Positions 28,983 through 38,359 of a stretch of 64,000 nucleotides of DNA are shown in pieces (position 1 is the stretch's first letter; every line of letters starts with the position of its first letter). Origin of the DNA: an uncultured Candidatus Saccharibacteria bacterium (GTDB lineage Bacteria; Patescibacteriota; Doudnabacteria; UBA920); assembly GCA_964600695.1 (NCBI GenBank), contig CAZRKK010000003.1:22914-86913 (forward strand), in the 5' to 3' direction. Position numbers and translations under genes: made by a program. A model generated the notes under the pieces. That model did no database searches, was not told the DNA's origin, and worked only from the letters and a program-made list of their open reading frames with translations.

Positions 28983-29867
28983 CTACCTATTTGTTAAATA
29001 ATTGGTAATTGCCTGCACAACAGCATAAGAAACAATAATGATAGCTAGCCCAATTAGTGCATTTACAAGGGTTTTGCGTCCATTTGTAGATTGAGTTTCG
29101 TTTCCACGAGCTGTCATAAACTGATAACCACCAATTATAATCATGATAACAGCCACAATTCCTGATAATCCAAGTAATATAGAGATAATCGCAGCTGCTA
29201 ATTCTCCTACTGTACCCTTCCCTGCGATACCATCACCGTCACCAAAAGGGTTATCTGGGATACATAAAGGTCCTTTAGAGGTAAAGCCATCCGGACATTC
29301 ACCAGAATCATTTACATTAGAAGTAGAACTGGTATTAGTCTTTTTTGTAGGGGCTACATTTTTTGTGGTTGTAGTACCGGTTTTTGTTGTTCCTGTTGTG
29401 CCAGTACCAGTTGTAGTAGTGCCAGGGTTTATACCTGGAGTAGGTTCGACAGTATCGGTGTTATAAGGGTCTGTTCCAGAAACCTGACTACGATTAATCA
29501 AAGCGACATTATCATAATTTTTTGTGTCATTTTCGTACTTTGCACAAGAAATTTTACCGTTGGTATCTACCCCGTTATAAATTCCGTCTTCACCACCAGG
29601 AATAACATAAGCCAAACAAATTGCTTTAAAATTTGTTGGTACAGAATCTGGTTTTATAGATACAAAACCACCTGGACAAGTTCCTGTTGAACTTGGCCAA
29701 GATACTTCTCCATCATTAGCATTCAAACATAACTTGGAAACCATACCAACCAAAGCATGAGCCGGTTGCGCAGGGGTTAATACCAACAACAAACTAGCCA
29801 ACAAGCTAACAGAGATAAATCCAAAAACAGAAATTTTAATACTGGTTAACAAAGTCTTAGAAGACAT
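28983..29867 (-). CDS. TrbC/VirB2-like pilin-domain protein, paralog 1 of 7 (signal peptide, Thr-rich linker, C-terminal two-helix pilin module)
   Basis: Signal: MSSKTLLTSIKISVFGFISVSLLASLLLVLTPAQPAHA. Linker: GTTTTGTGTTGTTKTGTTTTKN. C-terminus: AAAIISILLGLSGIVAVIMIIIGGYQFMTARGNETQSTNGRKTLVNALIGLAIIIVSYAVVQAI. Confidence 0.6.
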   Translation of the reverse strand: MSSKTLLTSIKISVFGFISVSLLASLLLVLTPAQPAHALVGMVSKLCLNANDGEVSWPSSTGTCPGGFVSIKPDSVPTNFKAICLAYVIPGGEDGIYNGVDTNGKISCAKYENDTKNYDNVALINRSQVSGTDPYNTDTVEPTPGINPGTTTTGTGTTGTTKTGTTTTKNVAPTKKTNTSSTSNVNDSGECPDGFTSKGPLCIPDNPFGDGDGIAGKGTVGELAAAIISILLGLSGIVAVIMIIIGGYQFMTARGNETQSTNGRKTLVNALIGLAIIIVSYAVVQAITNYLTNR

Positions 29868-30313
29868 TAAGATTGATTTGTTAAGAAACGGTAAACTACT
29901 TGAACTATGATATAAGACAAAACGATTATAGCTAAACCAATAAGTGCGTTGACTAAAGTTTTACGTCCAGCCTTAGCGGTTTCGTCATTACCGCCAGCGT
30001 AAATATATTGGTAACCACCGTAGATGACAAAGATAACGGCGACAATTGCAGAAACATACAAAGCAATATCTATTACTCGCTTAGCTAAACCTTCTGGGGT
30101 CGCATCCTTATCGACAATTGTTTCTGGGAAAGCTTCGCTAATGGAGTCTAACCCATCTTGAACTCGGTCACCACTTGAAGAGGTGGAAGTTGATGTTGCG
30201 GGGTTAGTAGAAGTCTGAGCATCAACACTAGATAATGGTAACCAAGCAAAAATAGTTACAAACACCACCGTCATTATTATATTTAGACCAATTTGTTTTA
30301 TCGACTGCTTCAT
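29867..30313 (-). CDS. TrbC/VirB2-like pilin-domain protein, paralog 2 of 7
   Basis: C-terminus: DIALYVSAIVAVIFVIYGGYQYIYAGGNDETAKAGRKTLVNALIGLAIIVLSYIIVQVVYRFL. The stop overlaps the start of paralog 1. Confidence 0.6.
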   Translation of the reverse strand: MKQSIKQIGLNIIMTVVFVTIFAWLPLSSVDAQTSTNPATSTSTSSSGDRVQDGLDSISEAFPETIVDKDATPEGLAKRVIDIALYVSAIVAVIFVIYGGYQYIYAGGNDETAKAGRKTLVNALIGLAIIVLSYIIVQVVYRFLTNQS

Positions 30314-30411
30314 AATTAAATATTAATTAAATAATTCTGGAGGGAAAATTAATAAATTTTGCCCCCAGAATTACCCCGCATACTAACTACTGCTAAATGC
30401 GGGATAAAGAA

Positions 30412-30867
30412 TTAGGTACCGAATACACCGCCACCAGTGCTACCACCGGATACAAAACGGTAAACGATTTGAACAATTACGTATGATAGTACGATAATTA
30501 CCACACCGATCAAAGCATTAAAGATTGCCTGACGGCCTGCTTTAGCACTTTCTTCATTACCACCGGCGAGAATGTAACGAAAACCACCGTAGATCAAGAA
30601 GATAACTGCCAAAATAAATCCTAATGCTAATGCCCAGTTAATAACTGTGACGAAGATTTCGCCAAGTCCACCTTCGTTACAACGAACACCGGTTTCTTCT
30701 GGACAGTCGTCAACAAACTGGTCAATCAATTGAGCGTGACCAACTTGAGGAGCCAACATCAAAACAGGAGCTAAAGCGATACCTAAAGTAAGGCTTACTG
30801 TAGCAATCCCTTGTACCACTGTTTTAAAATTTAGATTTTTTAATATTTGTTTCAAATTTCTCACCAC
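30412..30867 (-). CDS. TrbC/VirB2-like pilin-domain protein, paralog 3 of 7
   Basis: C-terminus: NWALALGFILAVIFLIYGGFRYILAGGNEESAKAGRQAIFNALIGVVIIVLSYVIVQIVYRFV. Confidence 0.6.
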   Translation of the reverse strand: MVRNLKQILKNLNFKTVVQGIATVSLTLGIALAPVLMLAPQVGHAQLIDQFVDDCPEETGVRCNEGGLGEIFVTVINWALALGFILAVIFLIYGGFRYILAGGNEESAKAGRQAIFNALIGVVIIVLSYVIVQIVYRFVSGGSTGGGVFGT

Positions 30868-31015
30868 CCTTCTGCTTTGAGCTTTTATACTCTTATCGCT
30901 TGTGCGAGTTACTGAGATTTATGCTATAAATTAGCAGAAAATCATTAACTATATTGTACTATAAATTTTGGTTTATTCAAAATAAAAACAAGGTTAGCCT
31001 TGTTTTTAAAATGTT

Positions 31016-31531
31016 TTAGAAAATTTGATTATCGACCACTAGATTAACGACTATTGTCACAATGGTTGTGGCTATAATAGCTATGGCAATCCCTGCAATT
31101 GTGTACATAATTATGTTCTTGCCTTTTTTTGTCTGTGTCTCATTCTCTCGAGCCGTCATATACATGTAGCCACCATAGATCAACGAAATTACTGCGCCTA
31201 AACCTAGAATATAGTACAACCAGTAAACAATTTTTTTATAAACTTCTCCTTCGGAACAATATTTTGGTAACTCACCAGCTCTTCCCCCACCATTGGCTTC
31301 AATCTGAGCTTGAAGACCATCACAGCCCCATGTATCAACTTCTGTATCAGAAGTGTTGGTAGGTTTATCTACCTTTACTGGATCCGCGGGTTTAGTTTTT
31401 GGGTTTGAGGTAGTTGCAGGAACGGGAGGTTTTGTGTTTTGTGCATTGACCACAAATGGTAAAAACATAGTCAATCCAATTGCCAGACTTACAAAAATTT
31501 TTAGAGATAATTTTTTTATAGAAAAAGACAT
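31016..31531 (-). CDS. TrbC/VirB2-like pilin-domain protein, paralog 4 of 7
   Basis: C-terminus: YYILGLGAVISLIYGGYMYMTARENETQTKKGKNIIMYTIAGIAIAIIATTIVTIVVNLV. Confidence 0.55.
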   Translation of the reverse strand: MSFSIKKLSLKIFVSLAIGLTMFLPFVVNAQNTKPPVPATTSNPKTKPADPVKVDKPTNTSDTEVDTWGCDGLQAQIEANGGGRAGELPKYCSEGEVYKKIVYWLYYILGLGAVISLIYGGYMYMTARENETQTKKGKNIIMYTIAGIAIAIIATTIVTIVVNLVVDNQIF

Positions 31532-31541
31532 TATTTATTTT

Positions 31542-32417
31542 TTAACTGATAATACTTTGAACAATTGCCACTATACTAAATGACATTAAACTAATTACTA
31601 GTCCACCAATTGCCCACATTATAGAACGCTTGCCTTTTGTAATCTTAGTTTCGTTACCATTAGCTGTAACCAAATTGAAGCCCCCAGCAATAATCACTAG
31701 AACAGAAACCATTGCAGCTAGCATTAAAAGAATATTAATTAGTCTGATGATTAATTCTGGTAGAGTTTCGAATTCCAAAGGATTAGAAAAAGTTCCTAAA
31801 ACCGTATCAAAGCTGGCACCTGGAATCACATCAGCTACGGAATTAATTTGATCGTTCGATAGCCCTGCACCTCCCGAAGCTCCACCATCAGTGCTACCAC
31901 CACCTCCGGTGTCTGTGCCTCCACCAGTTCCCGTGCCTGTTCCAGAGCCAGTGCCTGTTCCGGTTCCTGTCCCAGAACTACCAGATTTATTACGAGCAGT
32001 TGCTGCTGCAGAAGAATTCCTTAAACTGTTAGAAATTTGCAAGCTAGTTATCGCTGCTTGTTCGTATTGATTACTAGTAAGTTGATATTTTGCGGAAGCA
32101 ATAATTCCAATCTGAGTTTGTAATTCTACAAGCAGCTTATTATCAGTAGCCTTTCCTATAGCTGCTGTAACAAAGCCATTACAAATATCTAATTGTGATC
32201 CTCCGCTTGAATAGTCTTTCCGCGATATGTCTCCTCCTGCTTTTTGGCAAGCATTGACTGCTTGGGAAATTAATTGCTTCTCTGTTTCTGTAAACTTAGC
32301 GTTTACAAAATTTGCTGATAACCCAAATACTAACAAAACAACAGACACAGACATAAACAAAACAACGATTTGTTTAACAAAAGATTTGGCTATGCTATCA
32401 AAGTAATTAACTCTCAT
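31542..32417 (-). CDS. TrbC/VirB2-like pilin-domain protein, paralog 5 of 7 (Gly/Thr/Ser-rich low-complexity linker)
   Basis: Linker: GTGTGTGTGSGTGTGTGGGTDTGGGGSTDGG. C-terminus: INILLMLAAMVSVLVIIAGGFNLVTANGNETKITKGKRSIMWAIGGLVISLMSFSIVAIVQSI. Confidence 0.55.
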   Translation of the reverse strand: MRVNYFDSIAKSFVKQIVVLFMSVSVVLLVFGLSANFVNAKFTETEKQLISQAVNACQKAGGDISRKDYSSGGSQLDICNGFVTAAIGKATDNKLLVELQTQIGIIASAKYQLTSNQYEQAAITSLQISNSLRNSSAAATARNKSGSSGTGTGTGTGSGTGTGTGGGTDTGGGGSTDGGASGGAGLSNDQINSVADVIPGASFDTVLGTFSNPLEFETLPELIIRLINILLMLAAMVSVLVIIAGGFNLVTANGNETKITKGKRSIMWAIGGLVISLMSFSIVAIVQSIIS

Positions 32418-32443
32418 TATTTTATTTAAGTTTTATATTTTAT

Positions 32444-33388
32444 CTAAAGTAAACTTTGAACTATATTAACCATAGCGAACGCTCCAACAGAAACAATTAA
32501 ACCAACGACGGCCCACAAAATAGTAGTTTTTGATTTTTTGACAGTGGTTTCGTTGCCGCCATTAAAGACTAACATGATTCCACTAATTATGATTACAATT
32601 GTTGCTACCATTGCAATTATCATCAAGGTCCAATTAATCAATTTTGTTACTAGTTCGGATACATCATTTAAACCGCTAGGGTTTTTGATGCTCAAAGCAC
32701 CTTCCCAGTCAACTCCATCATAACTTCTAGCAACATATTCTGCCTGTTCTTTTTGTGCTGTTGCTACGGCTGTAGCTGCCGCTGCTTTAGCTGTTAACTC
32801 TGCACGTTTTTGGTCTGCGGCCGCTTGGGCTATTTGTTTAGCTTTGGCGTCTGGAGTTCCCTTTTTTAATTCAGCAGCATAAACCTTGTTATACTCTGTC
32901 TTCACCTGTGCTTCTATCTCGGCCAAAGCTTTTTTCTTAGCAGCCTCATCTGTAACAGAAGTTGAAGAATTAGTAGAAGTAGTCCCTGTAGTACTAGCGA
33001 CTTTTGTGTTAGAAGTAGTAGACGAAGTTTTATTAGTAGACGAAGTTTTATTAGTAGACGAAGTTTTGGTTGTGGATGTCTTTTTCGTTGTAGATGAAGT
33101 TTTAACACCTCCATAAGCTTGGCCTTTTATTCCACCACCAGCTGCTTGAGAAACACCACCACCAGCTGCTTGTCCACGGATACTTCCCACAGCTCCGACA
33201 CCACTACCACCCATACCAGCCGTCCCACCAACCTGAGCATTGCTAAATAATGGTTTCTTGGCGTAAGCATCTATGAAACCTAAGGCTGCACCACCTAAAA
33301 TTAATCCTGCTAAAAAAGCATAAACCACTTGGCGGGTTAGAAGTGCTACTTTAATAGAAAGTGTCGACTTAGTTTGAATAGATTTCAT
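32444..33388 (-). CDS. TrbC/VirB2-like pilin-domain protein, paralog 6 of 7
   Basis: The N-terminal ~130 aa are near-identical to paralog 7 and include KTSSTN repeats. C-terminus: INWTLMIIAMVATIVIIISGIMLVFNGGNETTVKKSKTTILWAVVGLIVSVGAFAMVNIVQSLL. Confidence 0.6.
   Translation of the reverse strand: MKSIQTKSTLSIKVALLTRQVVYAFLAGLILGGAALGFIDAYAKKPLFSNAQVGGTAGMGGSGVGAVGSIRGQAAGGGVSQAAGGGIKGQAYGGVKTSSTTKKTSTTKTSSTNKTSSTNKTSSTTSNTKVASTTGTTSTNSSTSVTDEAAKKKALAEIEAQVKTEYNKVYAAELKKGTPDAKAKQIAQAAADQKRAELTAKAAAATAVATAQKEQAEYVARSYDGVDWEGALSIKNPSGLNDVSELVTKLINWTLMIIAMVATIVIIISGIMLVFNGGNETTVKKSKTTILWAVVGLIVSVGAFAMVNIVQSLL
32984..33340. repeat. Direct repeat copy A (~357 bp), near-identical to 34013-34350; contains three copies of an 18-bp unit attagtagacgaagtttt, versus two in copy B
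   Basis: Read directly from the sequence as a long exact match; the boundaries are uncertain by about 2 nt. Both copies encode the shared N-terminal ectodomain of pilin paralogs 6 and 7. Confidence 0.8.
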
Positions 33389-33411
33389 GGTAAATATTTT
33401 GTGGATTGGTC

Positions 33412-34392
33412 TTATTTTCCTGGCTCTGTTGTTGGCTTTTCTGGGGTACCTTGAGTTTGAGTAACAGGTTTTGGAGCAGGATTAATTTCTGATTGTGGAG
33501 TATTGCCTTCGTTAATGTATTCTTTTGGATTACTTAAGATCAACGCACCATTGCGAATGCCAATATTTAATGAGCCAGCCAACAATGAGTTAACCAAAAC
33601 GAAAGCTACTGCAACTAAGACTAATCCAATCACTGCACCGGTTAATCCCTTTTTCGCTTTGGTTAATTCGCTTTGGTCAGATTCTTTAGCCGGTAGAGTT
33701 CCTTGGGATGCAACCATACGAACACCATTAATAATGATAAACAACACCGCTATTAAACCAGCCATAGAAATTAGATAATTGATGATTATGATCAACGTTC
33801 TAAATAGATGGGTAATGTTGCAAGGTGTGTCTACTGTGTTACCGCAAATTACAAAACCAGAAGCCCCACTCTCATCAACTGCCTCTCCTGTAGAGGTATT
33901 TAAATTACCTGGTTTTTTTGCCTGAGCTGCTGCTTCTTGAGCCTTCGGTGTTGTGGCTTTACCACCTCCTTCTTGAGGTTTTGTAGTGGAAGAAGATGTA
34001 GTACTTGTTGTTCCTGTAGTACTAGCGACTTTTGTGTTAGAAGTAGTAGACGAAGTTTTATTAGTAGACGAAGTTTTGGTTGTGGATGTCTTTTTCGTTG
34101 TAGATGAAGTTTTAACACCTCCATAAGCTTGGCCTTTTATTCCACCACCAGCTGCTTGAGAAACACCACCACCAGCTGCTTGTCCACGGATACTTCCCAC
34201 AGCTCCGACACCACTACCACCCATACCAGCCGTCCCACCAACCTGAGCATTGCTAAATAATGGTTTCTTGGCGTAAGCATCTATGAAACCTAAGGCTGCA
34301 CCACCTAAAATTAATCCTGCTAAAAAAGCATAAACCACTTGGCGGGTTAGGTAAGTAATCTTTGTATTTAAGATGGTGTTACTTTTTTTCAT
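33412..34392 (-). CDS. TrbC/VirB2-like pilin-domain protein, paralog 7 of 7
   Basis: C-terminus: LISMAGLIAVLFIIINGVRMVASQGTLPAKESDQSELTKAKKGLTGAVIGLVLVAVAFVLVNSLL. The N-terminus is duplicated from paralog 6. Confidence 0.55.
   Translation of the reverse strand: MKKSNTILNTKITYLTRQVVYAFLAGLILGGAALGFIDAYAKKPLFSNAQVGGTAGMGGSGVGAVGSIRGQAAGGGVSQAAGGGIKGQAYGGVKTSSTTKKTSTTKTSSTNKTSSTTSNTKVASTTGTTSTTSSSTTKPQEGGGKATTPKAQEAAAQAKKPGNLNTSTGEAVDESGASGFVICGNTVDTPCNITHLFRTLIIIINYLISMAGLIAVLFIIINGVRMVASQGTLPAKESDQSELTKAKKGLTGAVIGLVLVAVAFVLVNSLLAGSLNIGIRNGALILSNPKEYINEGNTPQSEINPAPKPVTQTQGTPEKPTTEPGK
34013..34350. repeat. Direct repeat copy B (~338 bp), matching 32984-33340
   Basis: See copy A. Confidence 0.8.
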
Positions 34393-35711
34393 TAAAATAA
34401 TTTTTGTTGTACTAAACTACCTGCCTGGCTTTGTGCTTTAGATAATGCACTGCTAGTTTTTTGCCCGCGAAATAAAATATTTTCTATTACATCACCAATC
34501 AAGGCATCAAACTTTTGCTCATCAACTTTATAAAAAGATTTAGCGGTTAAGTTAGCATGAGCAAACACACCGATTTCTAAATCTTGAGTCTGCAATTCTA
34601 TAAGATCACGGCGAGATGACGGCTGTTTGTCTTTTGCATAGTAGCTATCCAAAACTTTGGAACTAGTAGCGAACTTCAAAAAATCCCAAGCAGCGTCACG
34701 AGTCTTTCTGTCGACACTGGCCTTGCTTACCACTTCTCCAAAGTAACTCGCAAAATTAACATTTGGTTGAGACAAATCATATTGAGGAACAGGAGCCACA
34801 TCATAATTTAAATTTGGAGCCTTTGCATCAATCTGAGCTCGTGTATAACTATAGCCATATAAAAAGGCTGCCCTACCATTAGCAAATGCGTCGGTGGAAT
34901 AATCACTATCAGAATTCCATGTGTAGTTTTCACTGTTTGGATTAGCAAACGATGTATAAAAATCTACTGCTGTAATGCCAGGGTTAAAGCTTTTTCCGTC
35001 CTTCTGAATATTAGATGCAAATCGTGGACTACGTCCATCGTTAGACCATGGAACTGCTCCAGCTTGTAGCATCATTAAGTAAACAACATCAACGGCTCTA
35101 TTTACATTTTGGTAAGTTCCAATCGCAACACCACTGCGATCAAAGTAACCATCTTCACTTTGACTAGCAATTTTTCTAGAATCAATAGCAAGTTGATCCC
35201 ATGTAGTCGGAGGAGTCGCAATACCAGCGGTACCCATAATATCTTTATTATAGTAGAGAGCAAGTGAATCTACCCACAAGGCAGTACCGTAAACTTTATT
35301 ATCACGAACGAAGTCGGCATAGACCACATCAACAAAGGCATCTTTATATTCTTTGAGTGTGTAAAGTTTATCTGGTGCAGGGGTCACTTTGTCCAAATAT
35401 TCTGGTAACCAAGTATTGTTTATAGAAAATATATCCGGACCATTACCTGCAGCCAATGCATTGATTAAATCAGTTTCGTAGTTCTCTATATTTTTCTTGG
35501 TGTATTCAATTGTTACATTAGGATGAGCTTTTTTGTAAGCTTGAATAAGAACTCCCATTTTATCGCTATCAACAAATGGCTTCCAAATTTTTATAGTGAC
35601 CTTTCCTGCCTTAGTATTGCCACCACCGCAACCAGCAGAAAGTAAAATCAAACTACCTATCACCAACGCGAAAGTGAATTTTTGTAAAATAGATTTTTTA
35701 TTATTTTTCAT
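34392..35711 (-). CDS. ABC transporter substrate-binding lipoprotein (extracellular solute-binding protein family 1, sugar-type)
   Basis: Lipobox LLSAGCGGG. Start of the mature domain: KVTIKIWKPFVDSDKMGVLIQAYKKAHPNVTIEYT...GPDIFSINNTWLPEY. No permease or ATPase gene is adjacent. Confidence 0.75.
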   Translation of the reverse strand: MKNNKKSILQKFTFALVIGSLILLSAGCGGGNTKAGKVTIKIWKPFVDSDKMGVLIQAYKKAHPNVTIEYTKKNIENYETDLINALAAGNGPDIFSINNTWLPEYLDKVTPAPDKLYTLKEYKDAFVDVVYADFVRDNKVYGTALWVDSLALYYNKDIMGTAGIATPPTTWDQLAIDSRKIASQSEDGYFDRSGVAIGTYQNVNRAVDVVYLMMLQAGAVPWSNDGRSPRFASNIQKDGKSFNPGITAVDFYTSFANPNSENYTWNSDSDYSTDAFANGRAAFLYGYSYTRAQIDAKAPNLNYDVAPVPQYDLSQPNVNFASYFGEVVSKASVDRKTRDAAWDFLKFATSSKVLDSYYAKDKQPSSRRDLIELQTQDLEIGVFAHANLTAKSFYKVDEQKFDALIGDVIENILFRGQKTSSALSKAQSQAGSLVQQKLF

Positions 35712-35774
35712 TTTTGTTTCGATTAAAACTTTTGACTACTCTCTTTTAATTTCACTTTTTAGAAAATATGTATT

Positions 35775-36680
35775 CTAAACTTTTAGCTTTTTTAAAAATT
35801 CCGCAAAATCGTCATGTAAGTCTTCGTGCTTCAATCCAAATTCAACTACTGCTTTTATATATTCAAGTTTATTACCACAATCGTAATATTTTCCATTTTG
35901 AATTTCAATAGCGTAACAGTCTTTATTTTGTTCTAATAAAATATTTACTCCATCAACATATACCAATTCGTCTGGAGTATTTTTTTCTTCATGGCGACGC
36001 ATTGACTCCTCTAAAGCAGGGAAATAATCGGAGCTAAATAACATACCAGACACCACTGCACAATGCTCGTTTTCTAACGGTCTCCCAGGTTTCTCTACTA
36101 TTTGATCGATTTTTAATGCCCCTTCTCCTACTTTAGCCCCAGCCGCATACCCATATCTCTTATAATCTTGAGGGTTTTTAGCATTCAGACCGGCCAAAAT
36201 AGCACTGCCACCATACTTTTCGTAAGCATCTATTAATTGTTGGCTTCGTGATGGAGAAGCCTCAAAGACATCATCACCCCAAAGCACTAAAAATGGCTCA
36301 TCCCCAATGATTTGGCGGGCATTCCAAATCGGAGTCGCGTTTCCTAAAGGACCTTTTTGACGAACATAGTAAAAATTAGCCATTTCGGCAATTCTGCGGA
36401 TTTCTTCTAATTGTTCAATCTTTCCAGACTCTTCTAAACGCTTTTCAAGTTCAAAAGGATAATCAAAATGGTCTTCGATGTTACGTTTGTGCCAGCCAGT
36501 TACCAAAATAATGTCTTCTATCCCAGCAGAAACAGCATCTTCTACTACATATTGAATAATTGGCTTATCAACCAAGGGTAACATCTCTTTTGGTTGAGCT
36601 TTGGTTGCAGGTAAGAATCTTGTTCCAAAACCTGCTACAGGAATAATGGCTTTTCGTACTTTCTTTTGCATATAAAACAA
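35775..36680 (-). CDS. galU: UTP--glucose-1-phosphate uridylyltransferase
   Basis: KAIIPVAGFGTRFLPATKAQPKEMLPLVDKPIIQYVVEDAVSAGIEDIILVTG. Confidence 0.85.
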   Translation of the reverse strand: MFYMQKKVRKAIIPVAGFGTRFLPATKAQPKEMLPLVDKPIIQYVVEDAVSAGIEDIILVTGWHKRNIEDHFDYPFELEKRLEESGKIEQLEEIRRIAEMANFYYVRQKGPLGNATPIWNARQIIGDEPFLVLWGDDVFEASPSRSQQLIDAYEKYGGSAILAGLNAKNPQDYKRYGYAAGAKVGEGALKIDQIVEKPGRPLENEHCAVVSGMLFSSDYFPALEESMRRHEEKNTPDELVYVDGVNILLEQNKDCYAIEIQNGKYYDCGNKLEYIKAVVEFGLKHEDLHDDFAEFLKKLKV

Positions 36681-36692
36681 TTATATCATATC

Positions 36693-38303
36693 TTAAGTTG
36701 TATTAATTATACGATATTGTAAACTTTCTGCCAAATGAGATGTTTGTATATTCTCTTGGTTCTCAATGTCGGCAATTGTTCTAGCAACTTTCAAAATTTT
36801 TGCAATTGAACGTGCGGAAAGTTGGTAATTATCCGCGGCTTGTTGTAGCAACTTATCTGCATCTTCCGGTAAGCTACAATATTTTTTTAAATCTGCACTG
36901 GTCATCTCACTATTTGTTTTTGTTTCAAGTTTCTTATCTGATTCGTGATGGGAGAATCTTTGTTTTTGAATTTGTCTGGCAGAATTTACAACTGTCCTTA
37001 ACTCCATAGATGTTTGCATCGGTGGTGGTAAGGATAATGACGATGGACTCGTAATCTTGAGTTCATCATATTTTAATCTAGGAACATTAATATGTAAATC
37101 GATTCTATCCAATAATGGACCAGAAATCTTTTTGTTATAGCGCAAGACTTCTGAAGGATGACAAATACAATCCAATAATGGATCTCCGTAATTACCACAA
37201 TGACATGGATTTTGAGCCGTTACTAAAATAAACTTTGCGGGGAATGTAATATTTCTTTGAGCTCTATTGATTATGACTTTATGTTCTTCCAATGGTTGTC
37301 TTAAAACTTCTAATACTTTTCTGGGAAACTCTGTCAGTTCATCTAAAAATAACACCCCGTTGTGTGCCAAACTTATTTCTCCTGGACGGGGTTTTCCACC
37401 TCCACCTATTAACGCCAAACTAGATGCAGTGTGATGCGGAGACCGAAATGGTCTGGCTGTTACAACAGAAGATGTGTAGTTACTACTATCTTGATTAACA
37501 GACAACCTCCCAGCCAGACTATACAAATTAGTTGTCTCTAAAATTTCTTGTTCGGTAAGATCTGGTAAGATGCCAGCCAAAGCTTTAGCTAACAATGTTT
37601 TACCACTACCAGGTGGTCCTACCATTCTAATGTTATGAGATCCACTGGCTGCAATAACCAAAGCCCGCTTAGCTATAAACTGACCAGAAATTTCCGCAAA
37701 GTCTACTTCAACCATATTATTAGTATCAGTGTTGATTGATGATGTAGAGGAATAAGTATGCGGCAAAGTTTTTACCTTTTTCTCCTGCAAAAAACCCTTG
37801 CCTGTTAAATGACTTACTATAGATTCCAAACTAGTTACCTCAAAAATTTTTAACCCTTTAACTAGACTAGCTTCTTGGTCATTGTTTTGCGGGACAAAAA
37901 CTTCCTTTATTCCAGCTTGTTTTGCAGCTAAAACCATTGATAACACACCACTAGCTGGCCTCACACTGCCATCCAAAGCTAGTTCGCCAATAAACATTTT
38001 ATGGCTGGGATTAAATGCAATCAAACCATCGGCTAGTAGAATAGATAAAGCCAGCGCCAAATCAAAGTGACTACCAATTTTTGGCAAATCTCCAGGAGCA
38101 AGATTTATAGAAATTCTCGAAGCAGGATAAGAGTAACCACTATATTTAATTGCGGCTCTAACTCTCTCACGACTTTCTTGAACTATGGTGTCAGGTAAAC
38201 CAACCACAATAGTAACTGGCAAACCATTACTAACGATAGTCTCGATCTCTACGAGGCTTGCTTGGTAACCATTTGGGGTAGCGGTAATTATTTTAGGTAT
38301 CAT
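36693..38303 (-). CDS. comM: YifB/ComM family Mg-chelatase-like AAA+ ATPase
   Basis: N-terminal Lon-like domain, Walker A GPPGSGKTLLAKALAGILP, Walker B VLFLDELTEFPRKVLEVLRQPLEE, and a C-terminal ChlI-type domain. Confidence 0.85.
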   Translation of the reverse strand: MIPKIITATPNGYQASLVEIETIVSNGLPVTIVVGLPDTIVQESRERVRAAIKYSGYSYPASRISINLAPGDLPKIGSHFDLALALSILLADGLIAFNPSHKMFIGELALDGSVRPASGVLSMVLAAKQAGIKEVFVPQNNDQEASLVKGLKIFEVTSLESIVSHLTGKGFLQEKKVKTLPHTYSSTSSINTDTNNMVEVDFAEISGQFIAKRALVIAASGSHNIRMVGPPGSGKTLLAKALAGILPDLTEQEILETTNLYSLAGRLSVNQDSSNYTSSVVTARPFRSPHHTASSLALIGGGGKPRPGEISLAHNGVLFLDELTEFPRKVLEVLRQPLEEHKVIINRAQRNITFPAKFILVTAQNPCHCGNYGDPLLDCICHPSEVLRYNKKISGPLLDRIDLHINVPRLKYDELKITSPSSLSLPPPMQTSMELRTVVNSARQIQKQRFSHHESDKKLETKTNSEMTSADLKKYCSLPEDADKLLQQAADNYQLSARSIAKILKVARTIADIENQENIQTSHLAESLQYRIINTT

Positions 38304-38359
38304 AAAACCAGCTTAACAGCTGGTCGATAAATTCTACTTCAAGAAAAAGCAAAACTAAT

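Noticed and set aside
29143-33778. Several plus-strand ORFs (29143-29466, 31129-31583, 31630-31851, 32538-32723, 32886-33116, 33503-33778) and minus ORFs 32914-33114 and 33900-34124
   Set aside because: All lie within the minus-strand pilin paralog genes, antisense or out of frame. Their repetitive composition mirrors the Thr/Gly-rich linkers.
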